DNA of 64,000 nucleotides from an uncultured Candidatus Saccharibacteria bacterium (GCA_964610125.1 CAZSUV010000001.1:45599-109598); one strand, 5' to 3'. Counted from the first letter of the stretch, positions 39,238 to 49,431 are shown. Numbers and translations: made by a program. Notes: generated from the letters alone by a model not told the origin.

Positions 39238-39759
39238 ATGACAGATACAGGAGAACAAAATATCATTTCTGATGTAGAGTCTGTGGATTTAACAACCTCT
39301 AGTAGCGAACCAACGGACAATATCTCCAAAATTCTGAAGTACAAGGAACAAGGATATGTCTTTCATGGATCTTCACACTCAGATATTGCTATTTTAGAAC
39401 CTAGACGAGGAAATGACGTCTCGGGGGATACTTTCAACACCGATACTGCTATTTACGCATCACCTAATCCTCAGGTTTGTATTATGGGTGTAGTTAAACA
39501 AAAAGAGGTTAATGGGACTTGGAAAGCTGGTTGTTATGAAAAAGATCTTTTAGTTGCTGAGATACCTAAATCCTGGAGACAGGTAGTAGAAAAAGGGATT
39601 GGAACTCTTTATGTTTTACCTCCAGAATCTTTTTCTACAGATAAACCAGACAATTGGCAAGTAAAGAGTAATACAAGTGTAAAACCAATAGACAAAATAC
39701 CTGTTACATTTAATGATTTTATAGCATTGGGCGGGGAAGTAATTTGGACTGAAGAATAG
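39238..39759 (+). CDS. hypothetical protein (173 aa)
   Basis: ORF only. Confidence 0.4.
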   Translation: MTDTGEQNIISDVESVDLTTSSSEPTDNISKILKYKEQGYVFHGSSHSDIAILEPRRGNDVSGDTFNTDTAIYASPNPQVCIMGVVKQKEVNGTWKAGCYEKDLLVAEIPKSWRQVVEKGIGTLYVLPPESFSTDKPDNWQVKSNTSVKPIDKIPVTFNDFIALGGEVIWTEE

Positions 39760-39775
39760 AAAAAGGACTTATGAA

Positions 39776-40231
39776 TTAACTAGCATTCTTACTCATCCAT
39801 TCGTTATACGTTGTAAGTGCCTCTTGCTCTAATTCTGGTATTTGTATAATTTCAATCTCTTCATTGAACTCTTTGATGATTTGTTCATGTCTGAGAGGAC
39901 TTTCATAACAAAGTTTTGTATCAACTTCCTCTTTTTTAACTACATATACTATTCTTCTAATACCAGCCCAATATGCTCTTGAAATACACATTAAACAAGG
40001 TTGCATAGAGCAATATAGAGTACAGTCAGTAAGCTGGGAATCAAGCTTATTTATAGCTTCATCAATTGTTTTTGATTCAGCATGGAAGTTTATCTTCGGA
40101 TATTTTGCAGAAGTATTTTGCGCAATAACTTCATCATTTTTTACAATTACAGCTCCTGCGGGAAAAGCGCCTTCGTCAAAAGATTTTTTTGCCATTTCAA
40201 TTGCTAATTGAGCATACTTGTAATCATTCAT
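39776..40231 (-). CDS. CMP/dCMP-deaminase-family zinc deaminase (TadA-like)
   Basis: HAES... and SMQPCLMC zinc-binding motifs (H(A/C)E, PCxxC). Confidence 0.65.
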   Translation of the reverse strand: MNDYKYAQLAIEMAKKSFDEGAFPAGAVIVKNDEVIAQNTSAKYPKINFHAESKTIDEAINKLDSQLTDCTLYCSMQPCLMCISRAYWAGIRRIVYVVKKEEVDTKLCYESPLRHEQIIKEFNEEIEIIQIPELEQEALTTYNEWMSKNAS

Positions 40232-40300
40232 GATCTAATTATATCACGATATAATTATGATATAATCTCCACATATAGATTATTTAATCAAACCATATTC

Positions 40301-41656
40301 ATGGAATTACTAACAAGAACCCATATAGGGGAATTAGCACAACACATAGGACAAATCATTAGAATAAGAGGAAGAGTAGATACCATAAGAGATCAAGGCA
40401 AAATCATATTCATAATGGTAAGAGACAGATCAGGAATAGTACAAACAGTAGCATGGTTTGGAGATGAAGAAGTATTCAAAACCGCAAAAACCCTAACCGC
40501 AGAATCAGTAATAGACATAACAGGAGAAGTAAAAGAAGCAAAACAAGTAGCATGCGGATATGAAATAGGGATAAAAACATTAAACATAGACTCATTAGCA
40601 CAAACCCCATTACCAATAGCAATAGAAGCAGAACATACAGACAATGTAACTGCATTAGACAAAAGACTAGACTCAAGATGGGTAGACCTTAGAAGTAAGA
40701 AGAACCAGCTTATGATGGACGTAGCTACCACAATGGGAGCATCATTCAGACAATATTGTGTAGATAACGGATGTGTAGAAATCAATGCACCAAGAATAAT
40801 CAGTGCCGCAAGTGAATCAGGAGCAAACGTATTCGAAGTAAAATACTTCGACAGAAAAGCATACCTAGCTCAGTCACCACAGTTCCACAAACAAATGGGA
40901 ATAGCTTCAGACCTGGAAAGAGTCTTTAACATGGGACCAGTATTTAGAGCAGAAAAATCATTCACAACCAGACACTTAACCGAATACACCAGCTTCGATG
41001 TAGAACTAGGATATATCGATTCATTCAAAGATGTATGTAAATATGAGCAAGAAATGATCAAGTACATGCTTGCAAATGTAAAAGCAAAGTATGGAGACAA
41101 AGTAAAAGAAGTATTTGGAATCGATATTAAGGTACCAGAAGGAGACTTTCCATATCTTTCAGTAGCAGAAGCTAAAGAAAAATTAGCAAAAGCAGGAGTA
41201 GAAAGTAAAGATACAGGAGACTTCTCACCAGAAGAAGAAAGAGCAATGGGAGAGATAATGGAGAAGGAAACCGGATGTGAATTTGTCTTTGTTGTAGATT
41301 ACCCACACGCAAGAAGAGCCTTCTACCATATGAAGAATGCAGAGAATCCAAAACTAGCATTAGGCTATGACCTATTCTGGAAGGGTATCGAAATTACAAC
41401 AGGAGCACAAAGAGAACATAGATTAGAAGAATTAAAAAAGAATGCAACAGAAAGAGGTATGGCATTAGATGGACAGCTCAAAGATTACCTTGAATATTTT
41501 GAATATGGATGTCCTCCACATGGTGGCTTTGCAATTGGAACAGAAAGAGTCCTAATGAAGATGTTAGGCTTTGGAAGTATCCTAGAAACCACATATCTAC
41601 CTAACACTCCAAACAGACTAGGAAAGCTACTCTCTAAAATCTCTAAAAGCAAATAA
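40301..41656 (+). CDS. aspS: class IIb aminoacyl-tRNA ligase, Asp-tRNA ligase (archaeal/non-discriminating type) or Asn-tRNA ligase
   Basis: OB-fold N-terminus GRVDTIRDQGKIIFIMVRDRSG, motif 2 FRAEKSFTTRHLTEYTSFDVE, motif 3 GGFAIGTERVLM. Start at the ATG at 40301. Strong A-ending codon bias. Confidence 0.75.
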   Translation: MELLTRTHIGELAQHIGQIIRIRGRVDTIRDQGKIIFIMVRDRSGIVQTVAWFGDEEVFKTAKTLTAESVIDITGEVKEAKQVACGYEIGIKTLNIDSLAQTPLPIAIEAEHTDNVTALDKRLDSRWVDLRSKKNQLMMDVATTMGASFRQYCVDNGCVEINAPRIISAASESGANVFEVKYFDRKAYLAQSPQFHKQMGIASDLERVFNMGPVFRAEKSFTTRHLTEYTSFDVELGYIDSFKDVCKYEQEMIKYMLANVKAKYGDKVKEVFGIDIKVPEGDFPYLSVAEAKEKLAKAGVESKDTGDFSPEEERAMGEIMEKETGCEFVFVVDYPHARRAFYHMKNAENPKLALGYDLFWKGIEITTGAQREHRLEELKKNATERGMALDGQLKDYLEYFEYGCPPHGGFAIGTERVLMKMLGFGSILETTYLPNTPNRLGKLLSKISKSK

Positions 41657-41678
41657 ATTAAGTCTTTGGGAAATAGTT

Positions 41679-42113
41679 ATGAAATCATACAGAGCTGGTG
41701 GAATAGTTGTTAATACTGAAGGGAAAATTGCATTAGCAAATGAACATCTGTGGGGATTCCCAAGGGGAGGTGTTGATGAGGAAGAAGATTATATAACCGC
41801 AGCAAAGAGGGAGGTTTTAGAAGAAACTGGACTAGAAGAATTTACATCTGTTGATGAATTAGGCGTTTATGAAAGATATCCATCAGGTATTACAAAAGAT
41901 ACTCCTGGAGCATATCCTATGGAAATTCATATGTTTTTGTTTCAAACTGATTTTACGGGAGACCTTCATCCTGTAGATAAAAATGTCAAAGAGGCAGGAT
42001 GGTTCACATACGAAGATGCTGTAGAAAAATTGACTGATGAGACAGACAAAGAATTCTTAACGAATAACTGGGAAAGAATTCAGGAGATAAATAGCGAGAT
42101 TAAGAATGTATAA
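41679..42113 (+). CDS. NUDIX hydrolase
   Basis: Nudix box GGVDEEEDYITAAKREVLEETGL. Confidence 0.8.
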   Translation: MKSYRAGGIVVNTEGKIALANEHLWGFPRGGVDEEEDYITAAKREVLEETGLEEFTSVDELGVYERYPSGITKDTPGAYPMEIHMFLFQTDFTGDLHPVDKNVKEAGWFTYEDAVEKLTDETDKEFLTNNWERIQEINSEIKNV

Positions 42114-42175
42114 ACGGATAGACCTAGAACTGCTCTATGCTTTGTGATATACTACTAATTGAAAGTAATACAAAG

Positions 42176-42211
42176 AGGAGGGTGGGGATGAAAATTCTCA
42201 CCTTTTTTTTT
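42176..42211 (+). terminator. putative intrinsic terminator downstream of the NUDIX gene
   Basis: GGTGGGG / TCTCACC stem (6-7 bp including G-U pairs) with loop ATGAAAAT, followed by a T9 run. Confidence 0.5.
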
Positions 42212-42253
42212 GAAAGAACTATTTTAAATATAATTTTTTATAATAATTAAACC

Positions 42254-43465
42254 ATGGCAATGACATCAGAATTCATTTCTGCAATCAATCAAATAGCATC
42301 AGAAAGAGGCATTGAAAAAGAAGAAATCTTTACAGCCTTAGAATCAGCAATATTGGTAGCATACAAAAAAGAAAAATTCATGGATCTAAACCTCTCTCAA
42401 GAAGAGGAAGAATCTATGGGAAGTAACTTAACTGTCGAATTAGATAGAGAGACTGGTGAGTTCAAACTCATAGCTACAAAAGAAGTTGTAAAGAAAGTAA
42501 CTGACGACAATACTCAAATATCAGTAGCAGAAGCAGAAATGATCTCTCCAAATGTTGAAGTTGGAGACTCAATTCAATTAGAAATGCCTGTTGAAGATTT
42601 TGGAAGAATTGCTGCACAGACTGCAAAGCAGGTCATCTTACAAAAGATGAGAGAATCAGAGAAGGAAGCAGTATTAAGTGAATTTAGCGACAAGGTAGGA
42701 GAAGTATTCAGTGCTTTGATGCAGAGAATGCAAAAAGGACAGGTAATCTTCGAAATTGGAAAAGCTACAGCAGTAATGCCTCAGGAAGAACAGATTTCTA
42801 ATGAATTCTACAGATTAGGTGAAAGATACAAAGTATTGTTGAAATCTATTGATGATTCCGAGGTTATAGTTTCTAGAGCAGATCCGAAATTCTTAATTGA
42901 GCTTTTCAAATTAGAAGTTCCTGAAATTGAATCAGGTGTTGTTGAAATAAAGGCAGTTGCAAGAGAAGCAGGTTCTAGAAGTAAGATTGCAGTAGTATCT
43001 CATCAGGATGGTGTAGATCCAATTGGATCATGCGTAGGTCAGAGAGGTATTCGTATTGCAAACGTTATGAACGAGATTGGTGAAGAGAAGATTGATATCA
43101 TTGAATGGAATGAAGAACCAAGAAAGTTTGTTGCTAATGCATTAAGCCCAGCAAAGATAGAGGGCGTAAATATTAGTGAAGATACAGCTACTGTAACTGT
43201 TGATGAAGATCAACTATCATTGGCTATTGGTAGAGAAGGACAGAATGTAAGATTGGCATGGAAGTTAACTGGATTTAAGATTGATATTGTTGGAAATGGT
43301 GTTAAGAAGGAAGAGCCAAAAGCTGAGGAAGTAGTAGAGGAAACAAAGGAAGAAGTTGTTACTGAAGAAGTACCAGCTACAGAAGAAGTAGTTGTTGAAG
43401 ATGTAAAACCAGAAGAAGTAGTAGAAGAGACACCAGTTGTTGAAGAAGCAGCTAAGGAAGAATAA
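42254..43465 (+). CDS. nusA: transcription termination/antitermination factor NusA (with acidic E/V-rich C-terminal tail)
   Basis: N-terminal FISAINQIASERGIEKEEIF, S1 and KH regions (GSCVGQRGIRIANVMNEIGEEKIDII). Confidence 0.9.
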   Translation: MAMTSEFISAINQIASERGIEKEEIFTALESAILVAYKKEKFMDLNLSQEEEESMGSNLTVELDRETGEFKLIATKEVVKKVTDDNTQISVAEAEMISPNVEVGDSIQLEMPVEDFGRIAAQTAKQVILQKMRESEKEAVLSEFSDKVGEVFSALMQRMQKGQVIFEIGKATAVMPQEEQISNEFYRLGERYKVLLKSIDDSEVIVSRADPKFLIELFKLEVPEIESGVVEIKAVAREAGSRSKIAVVSHQDGVDPIGSCVGQRGIRIANVMNEIGEEKIDIIEWNEEPRKFVANALSPAKIEGVNISEDTATVTVDEDQLSLAIGREGQNVRLAWKLTGFKIDIVGNGVKKEEPKAEEVVEETKEEVVTEEVPATEEVVVEDVKPEEVVEETPVVEEAAKEE

Positions 43466-43484
43466 TAACTTAAAGGATTAAATA

Positions 43485-45026
43485 ATGTCTAAGAAAAGTC
43501 AGAATACAAATCAAGAAATTGCAAGAGTACCAATAGTGACTATCTTAGGTCATGTTGATCATGGTAAGACAACAATATTGGATAATATTCGAAAGAGTAA
43601 TGTCCAAGGATGTGAGGTAGGTGGTATTACTCAGAAAGTATCTGTCTTCACAGTATGTGTTAAGGGTGAGAACAGAATTACATTCATAGATACACCAGGC
43701 CACGAAGCTTTTGATCTAATGAGATCTAGAGGTGGAAGCATTGCAGATATTGTTTTACTAATCGTTGCAGCTGATGATGGTGTACAACCACAGACAAAAG
43801 AATCCATAGAGATTATTAATAGATCTACAGCTAAGCCAATCGTAGTTATTAACAAATGTGATTTGCCAGATGTAGATATTCCTAAGATAAAGAGAGAGTT
43901 GGTAAGTAATGGAATGCAGGTTGAAGGACTTGGAGGTTCTGTTCCAGTTATTGAGGTATCTGGAAAAACAGGCAAAGGTATTCCTGAACTCTTGGATTTA
44001 ATATTACTCGTTGCAGAGGTCGAAGGGTTACAAGAAAGAGATGAATTACCAAAGGGAGTTATGGGAAAAGCCTTTGTACTTGAATCAATTAAGGACCAAT
44101 CAAAAGGAAATGTCTCTTCAATTGCCCTAATTAATGGACAGATATGCGAAGGAGATTTCTTTGGATACAGAATAGGGAAGGAATCTTTCATTGAAAAGGT
44201 AAAGGGAGTAATAGCTGAGGACAATGCAGACCTATGTCTTTTGGGTGGTGGATGTGGTGGAAAAATTTTAGGTATATCGAATTCATTAGAATTAGGAACT
44301 GAGATATTTGTATTAGAAAAGAATGATGAGAAATTCCTTAAATCTTTGTACAAAGAAGTATCAACAGAATCAATTACAGAGGAAGAGGCATTAGATGATT
44401 TCTTCGGAGATCAACAGGTAAGTAATGATAAATTCTTTAATGTAATCGTTAAGAGTTCTTCTGAAGGATCATTGGAAGCATTGAAGAAATCTCTCAGCAA
44501 GATTGAAGAGGATGGATATTCCGCCAAGATTATAAAGAGTGGAGTAGGAAATATTACGCTTCAAGATGTCGAAATGGGAAGTCTTTCAAAGGCTATCGTC
44601 TTAGGATTTGAAGTAGGTATGGAAAATGGTGTTAATGAGTATGCTAAGAATAACAAAGTTTTGGTAAGAACATATGACATAATCTACAAACTTCTCGAAG
44701 AGGTTAATGATGTTGTCTCTCTTATGTCTTTACCAAAGGATGTTGAAGAAGAAATTGGAAAAGCAATTGTTAAAACAATCTTTGTACTTTCAAATGGTAC
44801 TAAAGTATTTGGTAGTAAAGTGGAAAGTGGAATAATGAAAAGAGATTGTAGATGCGATGTGGTTAGAAAAGATGAAATACTTGGAAGCGCAAAGATTAAG
44901 TCTCTAAGAATTAATAAAGATACTGTTACAGAAGCAAAATCGGGGTATGAATGTGGTATACAATTCGATACAGATATTGATATTAAAGAGGGAGACGAAA
45001 TTTATTGCTTCAAAGTAGTTAAGTAA
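43485..45026 (+). CDS. infB: translation initiation factor IF-2 (short form)
   Basis: PIVTILGHVDHGKTTILD, DTPGHEAF, NKCD motifs, C-terminal beta-barrels; 513 aa. Confidence 0.85.
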   Translation: MSKKSQNTNQEIARVPIVTILGHVDHGKTTILDNIRKSNVQGCEVGGITQKVSVFTVCVKGENRITFIDTPGHEAFDLMRSRGGSIADIVLLIVAADDGVQPQTKESIEIINRSTAKPIVVINKCDLPDVDIPKIKRELVSNGMQVEGLGGSVPVIEVSGKTGKGIPELLDLILLVAEVEGLQERDELPKGVMGKAFVLESIKDQSKGNVSSIALINGQICEGDFFGYRIGKESFIEKVKGVIAEDNADLCLLGGGCGGKILGISNSLELGTEIFVLEKNDEKFLKSLYKEVSTESITEEEALDDFFGDQQVSNDKFFNVIVKSSSEGSLEALKKSLSKIEEDGYSAKIIKSGVGNITLQDVEMGSLSKAIVLGFEVGMENGVNEYAKNNKVLVRTYDIIYKLLEEVNDVVSLMSLPKDVEEEIGKAIVKTIFVLSNGTKVFGSKVESGIMKRDCRCDVVRKDEILGSAKIKSLRINKDTVTEAKSGYECGIQFDTDIDIKEGDEIYCFKVVK

Positions 45027-45152
45027 TCCCTAAGAAAATTCCAACTTTTATTAGATATCTAGACCTATAGCCGTTGTAGGGGTATAATGATCTTAGGAAT
45101 TAGCTTTTAAAGCTTATTTTTGATCGTTAAAAAACTAGTGAATGGAGACTAT

Positions 45153-45710
45153 ATGAAAAGAATTACTCTTGTAATTGTGTTGGCAGTTATTTTTTTAGTA
45201 ATAATAGCTCAACCTGCAATCGCAGGTGACGGTTGCCCTGGAACGGATGAAGGTTGGATTGAAGTTACTGTTCCAGAACAAGCCCGGGATATCTGGGATC
45301 ATTGGAATCTTACTGAACCCGTAAGCGAAGTATGCGTAGGGGGAGTAATATTCACAGAGGAGAAACCATCTGGCCCATGTATCAGGGTCAGCGGTTTGGG
45401 AACAAACAACGTGTTTATTGATCGATACTGTCCGGGGTTTAACAGATTTTCCTATTTATTGGAAATCCCCCCGACAGCGACATCTACTCCAACCGCAACT
45501 GTGACACCAACTCTAACTGTAACTCCTACTATACCTCCAACAGCAACATCCACACCGATTCCATCAACATCTACCGCAACCGCGACAATGAATTTGGTAG
45601 CAGTTAATATGATTCTAAACAAGGCATGGAGAGTGTTAATAGCGCTATCCATAGTAGCCCTTGTTGGAGTTATCATCTGGATTGTCGCAAGGAACAAGAA
45701 AAGAAAGTAA
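45153..45710 (+). CDS. small secreted Cys-containing protein with Thr/Pro-rich linker and C-terminal TM anchor
   Basis: Signal peptide MKRITLVIVLAVIFLVIIAQPAIAG, TPTAT repeats, C-terminal LIALSIVALVGVIIWIV then ARNKKRK. Locally higher GC than the flanks. ORF is open from 45120. Confidence 0.5.
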   Translation: MKRITLVIVLAVIFLVIIAQPAIAGDGCPGTDEGWIEVTVPEQARDIWDHWNLTEPVSEVCVGGVIFTEEKPSGPCIRVSGLGTNNVFIDRYCPGFNRFSYLLEIPPTATSTPTATVTPTLTVTPTIPPTATSTPIPSTSTATATMNLVAVNMILNKAWRVLIALSIVALVGVIIWIVARNKKRK

Positions 45711-45724
45711 AACACTAGTTTTAA

Positions 45725-45760
45725 AAGAAGGCCTTACGCCTAAAAATGTTAGGCCTTCTT
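45725..45760 (+). terminator. perfect 10-bp inverted repeat (AAGAAGGCCT...AGGCCTTCTT) with 16-nt loop; possible terminator or processing hairpin in the rpsO leader region
   Basis: Read directly from the sequence; no T-tract follows. Confidence 0.35.
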
Positions 45761-45843
45761 GTACCATTCAAGTTATGATTAAGCTTGAATTTGAAAAACA
45801 AGGATCAAATACTCTCCAAAATGTATAAAAGACGCGTAGTTAC

Positions 45844-45872
45844 TTGACAGATGACCTATAAAATTATACAAT
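45844..45872 (+). promoter_or_regulatory. sigma70-like promoter upstream of rpsO (TTGACA, 17 nt, TACAAT)
   Basis: TTGACA at 45844-45849, 17-nt spacer, TACAAT at 45867-45872. Confidence 0.4.
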
Positions 45873-45938
45873 AATCTCTGTCCTATTTTGGGCTTTGGCT
45901 TGTAATTAAGAATACATAATGATAATCTTAAACTAGAT

Positions 45939-46202
45939 ATGTCACTAACTATAGAAGAAAAACAAAATACAGTAAGTAAGTACGCCATTCACGAAGGTGA
46001 TACTGGTTCTCCAGAAGTACAAATTGCATTGTTAACTCTCCAAATAGAGAAATTAAGCGAACATCTAAAAGATCATAAGAAGGATAATCACTCCAGAAGA
46101 GGATTGCTCCAAATGGTAGGAAAAAGAAGAAGATTGATACAGTACCTCAAAGATAGCGAATTAGCGAGATATACCGAATTGTCAAAGAAGTTAAAGGTGT
46201 AA
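45939..46202 (+). CDS. rpsO: 30S ribosomal protein S15
   Basis: 87 aa; ...[37 protein letters not shown] is a classic S15 sequence. Confidence 0.9.
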   Translation: MSLTIEEKQNTVSKYAIHEGDTGSPEVQIALLTLQIEKLSEHLKDHKKDNHSRRGLLQMVGKRRRLIQYLKDSELARYTELSKKLKV

Positions 46203-46306
46203 GAGCCTTTTTTCCTCTTTCTTTGTAAAAACTTTCCAAAACATATAATATTGATGACTGTATTATGTTGTCGATATATTTAAATTATATTTTTTAATTA
46301 ATTAAA

Positions 46307-48427
46307 ATGGTTTTAAACGAAATAAAACACGAATTTGAGATAGAGGGAAAGAAATGTACCTTTGAAACAGGGAAACTTGCTCTAAGATCAGAATCAGCCA
46401 TATTGGCAAGAATGGGTGACACAGTAATAACAGTAAATGTTAACACTGCAACACCAAGACAGGAATCAGATTTTTTTCCACTTTCAGTTGAATACATAGA
46501 AAAATTCTATGCATCTGGAAAGATCAATGGATCTAGATTTGTTAAGAGAGAAAGATTCCCAAGTGATGATGCTGTTCTCAAAGCAAGAATGATAGATAGA
46601 GCAGTAAGACCTAGATTCCCTAAAGACTACAGAAATGATTTGAACTTGATCGTGACAGTAATGTCATACGATGGTTCATGTGATCCTGTACTTTTGGCAA
46701 TCAATGCTGCATCTGTAGCATTAGTGTATTCCTCAGCTCCTTTCTCAGGCCCTATTGCAGGTGTCAGAATGGGAATGGTTGAAGGTAAGGCTGCAAACAT
46801 AACCAAGTCTATGGATTTAACAACCCCAGAAGAAAAGATGAACTATGTAGTAGCAGGTGATGGCGAAACATTCACAATGATTGATGCAGGATGCTATGAA
46901 TCTACAAACGAAGAAATTCTCTCCGCAATGAAAGAATCTTTGAACTTGATGCAACCATGGATCGCTGCACAGAATGATTTCCTCAAAAAATTGGAAGTAA
47001 AGGACAAAACATATACTTCATATGCAACTCCAGAAGAAGCAATTGATGGCGTAAAAGAATTCTTAACAGAAGCAAGAATCAAAGAAAATCTTCAAAAGGG
47101 AAATGAAAAGGTCCATGAAGCTACCAAAGAAGAAGTATTCACACAATTTGATGGTAAATTTTCTAAATCTGTTTTAGCTGAAGCATATGACTACTTACAG
47201 AAAAAAGCTGCAAGAAAGATTGTGCTTGAAGAAGGTAAAAGAGTAGATGGTAGAGCTATGGATGAAATCCGAGAGCTTTACACAGAAGCTGATCTCTTAC
47301 CAAGAGTTCATGGATCTGCACTCTTCACAAGAGGAGTAACTCAGACATTAACAATTGCTACATTAGGTAGTATGAGAGATGTCAGATTGGTAGATGATAT
47401 GGAAGGTGAAAGAGAGCAAAGATACATGCATTTCTACAATGATTTACCATTTGCATATGGAATATGTGACAGAATTAAGTTCTCTCCAAGTAGAAGAGCA
47501 ATTGGTCACGGAATGTTAGCTGAAAAAGCTATTGTTCCTGTATTACCTACAGAAAAAGAATTCCCATACACAATGTTGGTAATGAGTGAAATCCAAGGTG
47601 AAAATGGATCAAGCTCAATGGCTTCAGTATGCGGATCTAGTATGTCATTAATGGCAGCAGGTGTTCCCCTAAGAAAACCAGTTGCAGGTATAGCATGTGG
47701 ATTAGTTGTAGCTGATGACGGTAGTTTTAAAGTATTGACTGATATGCAGGGCGTTGAAGATTTCTATGGTGACATGGACTTCAAGATCGCTGGTACAGCT
47801 GATGGTGTAACTGCAGTACAGATGGATACTAAGACTCAAGGACTCTCTATGGAAATTGTTGAACAAACATTCAAACAATCTACAGAAGCAAGAGCAAAGA
47901 TTCTTGAAGCAATGAGTAAAACAATTGCAGAACCAAGAAAGACAATGTCTGAATATGCACCAAGAGTAGCTCAAGAGAAAGTAGCTACAGACAAGATTGG
48001 TGAGATAATCGGGCCAGGAGGAAAGAACATTAGAGAACTTTCTGAAAGAACCGGTGCAGAGATTGAAATTGAAGAAGATGGAACAGTTAATATCTATTCC
48101 ACATCTCAAGAATCTCTTGATGAAGCTGTTAAGGCAATCAGAAGATATGATTTCAAACCTGTTATTGGAGAGATTTACGAAGGTAAAGCTGCATCAATAA
48201 TGCCATATGGAGCATTTGTAGATTTAGCACCAGGTATTTCAGGTCTAGTACATGTATCTGAACTATCAGATGACTTTGTTAAGGATGTTCATGACTTCAT
48301 TAATGAAGGTGACATCGTTAAAGTCAAAGTCGTTGGTATAGATAACATGGGTAAGATCAAATTGAGTATGAAAGGTTTGGACAAGAACGAAGAAAGGAAA
48401 GCTGAAAAGATAGAAGAAGAACTTTAG
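46307..48427 (+). CDS. pnp: polyribonucleotide nucleotidyltransferase (PNPase)
   Basis: Two RNase PH-like domains, KH (IGEIIGPGGKNIRELSERTGAEIEIEEDG) and S1 (GEIYEGKAASIMPYGAFVDL); 706 aa. Confidence 0.9.
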   Translation: MVLNEIKHEFEIEGKKCTFETGKLALRSESAILARMGDTVITVNVNTATPRQESDFFPLSVEYIEKFYASGKINGSRFVKRERFPSDDAVLKARMIDRAVRPRFPKDYRNDLNLIVTVMSYDGSCDPVLLAINAASVALVYSSAPFSGPIAGVRMGMVEGKAANITKSMDLTTPEEKMNYVVAGDGETFTMIDAGCYESTNEEILSAMKESLNLMQPWIAAQNDFLKKLEVKDKTYTSYATPEEAIDGVKEFLTEARIKENLQKGNEKVHEATKEEVFTQFDGKFSKSVLAEAYDYLQKKAARKIVLEEGKRVDGRAMDEIRELYTEADLLPRVHGSALFTRGVTQTLTIATLGSMRDVRLVDDMEGEREQRYMHFYNDLPFAYGICDRIKFSPSRRAIGHGMLAEKAIVPVLPTEKEFPYTMLVMSEIQGENGSSSMASVCGSSMSLMAAGVPLRKPVAGIACGLVVADDGSFKVLTDMQGVEDFYGDMDFKIAGTADGVTAVQMDTKTQGLSMEIVEQTFKQSTEARAKILEAMSKTIAEPRKTMSEYAPRVAQEKVATDKIGEIIGPGGKNIRELSERTGAEIEIEEDGTVNIYSTSQESLDEAVKAIRRYDFKPVIGEIYEGKAASIMPYGAFVDLAPGISGLVHVSELSDDFVKDVHDFINEGDIVKVKVVGIDNMGKIKLSMKGLDKNEERKAEKIEEEL

Positions 48428-49431
48428 TTCTTCTTTATCTTAGCGATGTAGAAACCCATCATCTTGCTGTTGGGAATGACTCTCAAAGTCTTCTTAACAG
48501 CCGGATCGTAGGTATTACCACTCCATTTAGTTATTCCCTTTGAAGTAAATCCTTTTTCTCCTGCTAGGTCGATATCAATATCTTCTACAGTAGCATTTGG
48601 GAAATGTTGTAAGAGGAAAGTTATAACCCCCTCATTTTCTTCAGGTTCTAATGTACAGGTAGAGTAGACGAGTGTACCACCAGTCTTCAATGTTCTAAAT
48701 GCAGAAATTATTAAATCCTTTTGTAAGAAAGAATTTCTCTTTATCTTATCCAATCCCCAGAATCTTAAAGGTTTCTGACTATTCATATAGATCATACCTT
48801 CGCCACTACATGGAGCATCTAAAAGTACTCTATCAAAATATTCAGGATATTTCTTCCCAAATTCGCTTGAATCACTGTATGTAGCTTTAGCATTCTTTGC
48901 ACCAAATTGGTACAAAACATTCTTTAGAGAAGAAACTCTGCTCATATCAATATCATTTGCCAATATCTTCCCCTTGTTGTTCATTAATGCTGCGATATGG
49001 GTAGTCTTACTACCAGGAGCTGCACACATATCTAAAACATATTCTCCCTCTTGAGGATCTAAAACTAATGAATCTAAAATACTAGATAGGTTTTGAATGT
49101 AGAATTTCCCATCCTGATATTCAGTTGATTGAGATACCTCAGATTTGTCATAGTTCAATACATAGTAGCAATTCTTTGCCCATGGGATTTCCTGCAATTT
49201 GTACTCTTTCTCTTCCAGTGCCCTTTTGGTTTCATCAACATCTCCTTTTAGAGGGTTTAATCTAATGGTCGTAATTGCTCGAGAAGAGAAAATACCTGCA
49301 ACCTTAGGTTTAGGTACCATTAAAATGCTTGCTATTCGAGAGATGAAAAGATTTTCTTTGGTAAAAAATTCTTTTCTAGCAGCAGGAGCTTTTCTAGGTT
49401 TTTTGTAGTTTGTTCTTTTTGACTTTAACAT
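48424..49431 (-). CDS. NOL1/NOP2/Sun-family rRNA cytosine-C5 methyltransferase (RsmB/RsmF-like)
   Basis: SAM motif DMCAAPGSKTTHIA and catalytic motifs DRVLLDAPCSGEG...TCT. Confidence 0.8.
   Translation of the reverse strand: MLKSKRTNYKKPRKAPAARKEFFTKENLFISRIASILMVPKPKVAGIFSSRAITTIRLNPLKGDVDETKRALEEKEYKLQEIPWAKNCYYVLNYDKSEVSQSTEYQDGKFYIQNLSSILDSLVLDPQEGEYVLDMCAAPGSKTTHIAALMNNKGKILANDIDMSRVSSLKNVLYQFGAKNAKATYSDSSEFGKKYPEYFDRVLLDAPCSGEGMIYMNSQKPLRFWGLDKIKRNSFLQKDLIISAFRTLKTGGTLVYSTCTLEPEENEGVITFLLQHFPNATVEDIDIDLAGEKGFTSKGITKWSGNTYDPAVKKTLRVIPNSKMMGFYIAKIKKN

Noticed and set aside
40476-40676. Poly-Leu 66-aa minus-strand ORF
   Set aside because: Antisense to the aaRS gene; an artifact of its A-ending codon bias (TTN/CTN on the opposite strand).
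42186-42254. 22-aa ORF (MKILTFFFERTILNIIFYNN) with an AGGAGG-like sequence 6 nt upstream, overlapping the terminator hairpin before nusA
   Set aside because: Could be a leader peptide, but it coincides with the terminator stem/T-tract. Too short to support without conservation or ribosome-profiling data, and probably fortuitous.
43631-44353. 240-aa minus-strand ORF
   Set aside because: Completely embedded antisense within infB, which has unmistakable G-domain motifs.
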